Shown here: positions 59,596-64,000 of the stretch, in pieces
How positions within the stretch are numbered: the stretch's first letter is position 1
Layout: each line of letters starts with the position of its first letter
DNA from: a virus
IMG/VR virus record: IMGVR_UViG_3300042888_001738
Location: 32,001-96,000 of that record
Reading direction: 5' to 3' (one strand)
DNA: 64,000 bases
Made by a program: the position numbers and the translations under genes
Notes under the pieces: generated by a model
The model's input: only the letters and a program-made list of their open reading frames with translations
Databases searched by the model: none
Told to the model about the DNA's origin: nothing

Positions 59596-61793
59596 TGATT
59601 CAAGTATTTAACTTTAATATAACAGGAGATTGTAGTAATACAGGGAGTGGTGCGGTATCGTTTGATATTACTGGAACAACCCCAACAGTCGCACCTTTTA
59701 GTATTACAGATGCGACAGGTCAAGGGTTATTACCCTTATCTGCAGCAACATTAACATATACGGTTACAGGATTAACAGGTGGAACTTATTACGCAACGAT
59801 TGCCGATTCATCTTCCGAAAAGGTAGTCCAAAACATATACATATCGACGGGTACAACCGCAACAATAGATTCTACAGCACCATCTTGTGGTTTAGATAAT
59901 GGGGTTATTACAGGGTTTACAAGTGCGGTTTATGGAAACTCAACATTTGAATTATATGATGGTGATAATAACTATATTACATCGGCAATAACACCAACGA
60001 CGTATTATGAATTTACAAACCTTTCTGCGGGAACTTATTATATTGTAGCAAACGATGGTGGTGGATGTACCGGTATTACATCATCTGTCATTTTAACAAC
60101 ATCAACAGGATTTACATTTGGTGGATATGTTGTTGATGATGCGAGTTGTATTGGTAGTGGTAGTGGTAAAATATTTATCACAGGACTTACACCTCCGGTC
60201 TCAGCATATACAATAAATTGGAGTTCAAATGTAGGGTCACAAACTGGTACCACAGTAACAGGATTGACGGGAGGTACTTATATCGTCTCAATAGAGAATC
60301 CATCGGGATGTACAGGATCTCAGTCATTTTTTGTAAATACGGTAGCACCTTTAGAGTCTGCGGGTTTTATAACAATATCACAACCAAGTTGTTTTGCGAA
60401 TGACGGTGAAGTTGAGTTCCTAATTGCAAATGGTACCGCTCCTTATTTCTTTAGTGGGTCATCTGGTCAGGTTGAAATAACATTTGATACCTCGGTAACA
60501 TTTACAGGATTATCATCGGGTGCTTATTCATTCTTAGTAACTGATGCTGGTTTATGTACCATTTATGATTCTGTGAGTTTAATAACACCTAATTCATTTA
60601 GTACGGTTGCAATTAATACGACAAATTCGTTCTGTTCATCAAACGATGGATCTATTCAGGTTTTAGTGGATAATGGGTTGAGTAATGTTAATAACCTCCT
60701 AACAACAATTTCAGGATCAACGGGAATACAACAAAGCGGAACAATAGGAAACCCAAACCAAACATTCAACGGACTACCTAATGGTAATTATTTGGTTACC
60801 GTGACTTCAGCGGGTTGTACATATACCGCAACAACAACCATAAGCTCTACAAATTTATATAGTGCAACAACGGCAGTTACAGGAACTACTTGCGGTAGTA
60901 ATAACGGCAGAATAGAGGTTACAGTTTCAACAGGAGGTACGTTACCCTATCAATTTACTTTGACAGGACCAACAGGACCAAACCCGTCAACTATTAATAA
61001 TCCTGTTGGTGTGTTCACCAACCTAAAAGGTGGTAATTATACCTTGACAGTTCAAGATTCGGGATTACCGACATGTGTCCAAAGTTTTACGATTTATGTT
61101 GATGTTAGTGATCCTGTTTATTTTAATTTATTCCCATCACAACCTTTAAATGGTAATGATGGATCAATTACAAGTTTTATTTATTCAGGAGAACCACCAT
61201 TTAATTTGATTTGGAGTGGTGGAAGTATAAATGGTTACACAGGAAGTACAGTCACAGGTTTAACAGCAGACACATATAGTTTAACTTGTACTGATGCTAG
61301 TGGTTGTTCACTTACAAAATCTGTAATACTAACAGGAACTAAAAAATATGTTGATTATCGATATTATACAATTTGTGAAGAACAATTCTTTGATAGTGGA
61401 TTGGTGCAGAAAAAATCAATAAGATCCATGTATTTGGAAGGTTTTAATGATCTTACAAGTGGGGATACAAATTGTATAATTAATTCTGCGGACTTCACAA
61501 TATATGCCGAGGTGGGGGGACAATCGGCACAAACCGAGTTCTATACCTCAACAGGTACTACCGATTACCCAAGTGACACGGTTTGGGCTGATGCGATCGT
61601 AAATATATTAGAAGATTTTGTTGGTATTTCTGGTGTTACCGTAGATATCATATCAAATAGAATTACAATAACGGCAGCTTGTGAAGACTTAAAGAAGAAT
61701 TGTGGTAATCAACCCATAAATCCATTACAAGATAGTGAAATAAAAGTTAATTTATTAATTGATTACGACATATCTTGTGTTAGTTGTAGTTAA
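59595..61793 (+). CDS. SprB-repeat adhesin-like protein
   Basis: Repeated SC...DG.I, GGT.PY.F and NL.AGTY..V.D..GC units, about six to seven copies. Confidence 0.75.
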   Translation: MIQVFNFNITGDCSNTGSGAVSFDITGTTPTVAPFSITDATGQGLLPLSAATLTYTVTGLTGGTYYATIADSSSEKVVQNIYISTGTTATIDSTAPSCGLDNGVITGFTSAVYGNSTFELYDGDNNYITSAITPTTYYEFTNLSAGTYYIVANDGGGCTGITSSVILTTSTGFTFGGYVVDDASCIGSGSGKIFITGLTPPVSAYTINWSSNVGSQTGTTVTGLTGGTYIVSIENPSGCTGSQSFFVNTVAPLESAGFITISQPSCFANDGEVEFLIANGTAPYFFSGSSGQVEITFDTSVTFTGLSSGAYSFLVTDAGLCTIYDSVSLITPNSFSTVAINTTNSFCSSNDGSIQVLVDNGLSNVNNLLTTISGSTGIQQSGTIGNPNQTFNGLPNGNYLVTVTSAGCTYTATTTISSTNLYSATTAVTGTTCGSNNGRIEVTVSTGGTLPYQFTLTGPTGPNPSTINNPVGVFTNLKGGNYTLTVQDSGLPTCVQSFTIYVDVSDPVYFNLFPSQPLNGNDGSITSFIYSGEPPFNLIWSGGSINGYTGSTVTGLTADTYSLTCTDASGCSLTKSVILTGTKKYVDYRYYTICEEQFFDSGLVQKKSIRSMYLEGFNDLTSGDTNCIINSADFTIYAEVGGQSAQTEFYTSTGTTDYPSDTVWADAIVNILEDFVGISGVTVDIISNRITITAACEDLKKNCGNQPINPLQDSEIKVNLLIDYDISCVSCS

Positions 61794-61796
61794 TTC

Positions 61797-62093
61797 ATGC
61801 CTAATCAAGTAACCATATTAAGTGCGGTTGGTATTACACCACCTTTTAGTGGAACTGCCTGTGATGTTTACGGAAACAACTGTGTTTATGTTGGTAGTGG
61901 GTCAACATTCCCAACCACATTTACTTTACCATCACAATTCAATACAGCACCTGCGTTACAATTAACTATTACAGATTCTGCGGGATGTACCCTAAGTGAA
62001 ACGATTTATTGTGAAGCCGAAGGTCAACCAAAACAGTTCCAAAATCTTGATTATTTCTTCTTTATGGGAGGAGACCAATATAATTTCCAATAA
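61797..62093 (+). CDS. Small Cys-containing structural protein
   Basis: GITPPF....CDVYGNNC and ITDSAGC resemble a single degenerate unit of the upstream repeats. Confidence 0.65.
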   Translation: MPNQVTILSAVGITPPFSGTACDVYGNNCVYVGSGSTFPTTFTLPSQFNTAPALQLTITDSAGCTLSETIYCEAEGQPKQFQNLDYFFFMGGDQYNFQ

Positions 62094-62113
62094 TACAATA
62101 TTTATAAGTTGAT

Positions 62114-64000
62114 ATGGCATTACTAACAGATCAAATATTAGCGACAGGAGTTTCACTTAATGATTTAATACATATTGTTATTACGGGTGATACCTCACAA
62201 AATCCTGCCGGTTCATCGTATAAAGCAACTATTCAACAAGTCGCAACTGCAATTGGTGGTAAAACTGGAACTAGTGGTACTTCGGGTACAAGCGGAACTT
62301 CAGGAAATAGTGGATCTTCAGGGTCTTCAGGTACTAGCGGAATAAATGGTACAAGTGGTACGTCTGGAACAGATGGAACTTCAGGTACAGACGGAACTAG
62401 CGGAACAGATGGAACTTCAGGTACAGACGGAACTAGCGGAACAGATGGATCTTCAGGAACTAGCGGAACTTCGGGTACTAGCGGAACAGATGGAACTAGT
62501 GGAACAGACGGAACTTCAGGATCGAGCGGTTCTTCAGGGACTAGCGGAACAGATGGATCTTCAGGTACTAGCGGAACTTCAGGGACTAGCGGAATAGATG
62601 GAACTAGCGGAACAGATGGGACTAGCGGAACAGATGGAACTTCAGGAACAAATGGGACTAGCGGAACAGACGGAACTTCAGGAACAAATGGGACTAGCGG
62701 AACAGACGGAACTTCAGGATCGAGCGGTTCTTCAGGGACTAGCGGAACAGATGGATCTTCAGGTACTAGCGGAACTTCAGGGACTAGCGGAACAGATGGG
62801 ACTAGCGGAACAAATGGGACTTCAGGAACAAATGGGACTAGCGGAACAAATGGGACTAGCGGAACATCTGGTACGGATGGATCTTCAGGGACTAGTGGAA
62901 CATCTGGATCAAGTGGTAATCCATTAACGGTATATGACTCATCATCAGGAGTAACAGTAACAAATGTTACTGGAATGACTTTCAGTGGATCATCAGTTGT
63001 TGCAAACGGACAGAATGTAATTATTACAATGACAGGGTCAACCGGTACATCCGGATCAAGCGGTACTAGCGGAAACTCAGGTTCTTCAGGTTCTTCAGGA
63101 ACATCTGGATTAAGCGGTACATCTGGTTCGTCAGGAACTAGCGGTAATAGCGGAAGTTCAGGAACATCAGGATCAAGCGGTTCTTCAGGAACATCAGGAT
63201 CAAGCGGTTCTTCAGGAACATCAGGATCAAGCGGTTCTTCAGGAACTTCAGGTTCGAGTGGTACTAGCGGTGCAATCGGAAAAGATGGTAATGATGGATC
63301 AAATTCTGGTAGGTGGATTTACCAATCATCAGCAACAACAACACCATCAATTGCTAACTTCTCAACTGATTCAGACTCCGTTGGTTTTGTATCTAATATT
63401 TACATTAACGATGAGTCAATAAATACTGTTGACTATACTTCATGGTTAGCCGGTATTGATACAATACAAGCAACAGGAAGACCTGTTTATTTACAAATTA
63501 CTCAACTTGGTAATAATAGTATTATTGGTATATGGACCGTAGGTACAATTGGTGTAATCGGTACTGTGTATAGTTTTGGTTCACTTAGTCCTGTTGTAAC
63601 TAACGGAACTTTTAGTGTGGGTGCAACATATACAATATCTTGGGTTTACGATGGTGTTAGTGGAAGTTCAGGTAGTTCAGGTACAAGTGGGTCATCAGGA
63701 TCATCTGGAACTAGCGGAACTTCGGTTATTGTACCAGGATCAAACAACGAAATACTCACCTCAAACGGAGCTGGTGGTATTGTTGCGGAAAACTTAGCGA
63801 CTTTTGATGGTACGACTTTAGCTTTAAATAAAAACAGCACGTCACCTAACATTACCTTAACTGATTCTGGATCAACATCTAATGATGTTTATATTAGGTT
63901 TTCACCAACAGCAACAACCGCAACATATGCGGTAGGTATCGATAAGAGTGACGGCAACACATATAAAATTACATATGGGTCGAATGTAACACCAAGTACC
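62114..64000 (+). CDS. Collagen-like (Gly-Thr-Ser) tail fibre, 3'-truncated by the window edge (not in ORF track)
   Basis: The ATG at 62114 follows TATTTAT. Reads MALLTDQILATGVSLNDLIH...GSSYKATIQQV, then G-X-Y blocks at 62258-62923, 63035-63304 and 63653-63724. No in-frame stop seen up to 64000. Confidence 0.88.
   Translation, partial: MALLTDQILATGVSLNDLIHIVITGDTSQNPAGSSYKATIQQVATAIGGKTGTSGTSGTSGTSGNSGSSGSSGTSGINGTSGTSGTDGTSGTDGTSGTDGTSGTDGTSGTDGSSGTSGTSGTSGTDGTSGTDGTSGSSGSSGTSGTDGSSGTSGTSGTSGIDGTSGTDGTSGTDGTSGTNGTSGTDGTSGTNGTSGTDGTSGSSGSSGTSGTDGSSGTSGTSGTSGTDGTSGTNGTSGTNGTSGTNGTSGTSGTDGSSGTSGTSGSSGNPLTVYDSSSGVTVTNVTGMTFSGSSVVANGQNVIITMTGSTGTSGSSGTSGNSGSSGSSGTSGLSGTSGSSGTSGNSGSSGTSGSSGSSGTSGSSGSSGTSGSSGSSGTSGSSGTSGAIGKDGNDGSNSGRWIYQSSATTTPSIANFSTDSDSVGFVSNIYINDESINTVDYTSWLAGIDTIQATGRPVYLQITQLGNNSIIGIWTVGTIGVIGTVYSFGSLSPVVTNGTFSVGATYTISWVYDGVSGSSGSSGTSGSSGSSGTSGTSVIVPGSNNEILTSNGAGGIVAENLATFDGTTLALNKNSTSPNITLTDSGSTSNDVYIRFSPTATTATYAVGIDKSDGNTYKITYGSNVTPST
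62501..62792 (+). repeat. Exact 94-nt direct repeat inside the collagen region (62501-62594 and 62699-62792)
   Basis: Identical by direct comparison. The 198-nt offset keeps the Gly-X-Y phase. Confidence 0.85.
63157..63246 (+). repeat. 27-nt tandem repeat, 3.3 copies (ttcaggaacatcaggatcaagcggttc)
   Basis: Copies start at 63157, 63184 and 63211, with a partial copy at 63238. Confidence 0.9.

Noticed and set aside
62346-62927. Track ORFs with ELAEQM repeats (62346-62597, 62598-62927)
   Set aside because: These are off-frame shadows of the collagen ORF that starts at 62114.
62258-63304. Repeat array that might be a CRISPR array
   Set aside because: The units are multiples of 9 nt with no unique spacers, and they encode in-frame Gly-X-Y.
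1-64000. Stop-codon reassignment, as seen in some huge phages
   Set aside because: Long genes are intact under the standard code. TAG ends recA, the exonuclease and gp6, and TGA ends the hub gene, all at sensible positions.
1-64000. tRNA, rRNA or large ncRNA genes
   Set aside because: Intergenic gaps are short and explained by promoters and terminators. No cloverleaf or T-loop signature was recognised by eye.

Overview
This AT-rich window comes from a large, T4-superfamily-like myophage (jumbo/huge phage), probably with a Bacteroidota-type host. It uses the standard genetic code. It carries a near-complete tail morphogenesis set: neck, tail terminator, sheath, tube, chaperone, tape measure, hub, wedge, and adhesin/collagen fibres. 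Interleaved with these is a replication block: PolB, SNF2 helicase, SSB, RecA/UvsX, 5'-3' exonuclease, DnaB-like helicase and NrdAB. Three coding regions are missing from the ORF track: a 56-aa ribbon-helix-helix gene with a candidate operator (13507-13677, minus strand), a start-less +1-frame extension of the tail chaperone reached through TTT-TTT-CGG (19478-19639), and a Pro-free Gly-Thr-Ser collagen-like fibre running off the right end (62114-64000). The main leads are: (1) a peptidase-like/Mn-SOD/unknown three-domain protein whose linkers, like the N-termini of several stand-alone genes, are rich in (L/I)-x-E prohead-protease-type sites, suggesting a head-packaged cargo system; (2) a pervasive [S/T]-[G/A]-x-T motif in virion proteins but not in enzymes, next to a glycosyltransferase, suggesting a virion glycosylation sequon; (3) the probable +1 programmed frameshift; and (4) a TATTTAT promoter-like motif before 19 genes. 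All family assignments come from motif recognition by eye, without database searches.
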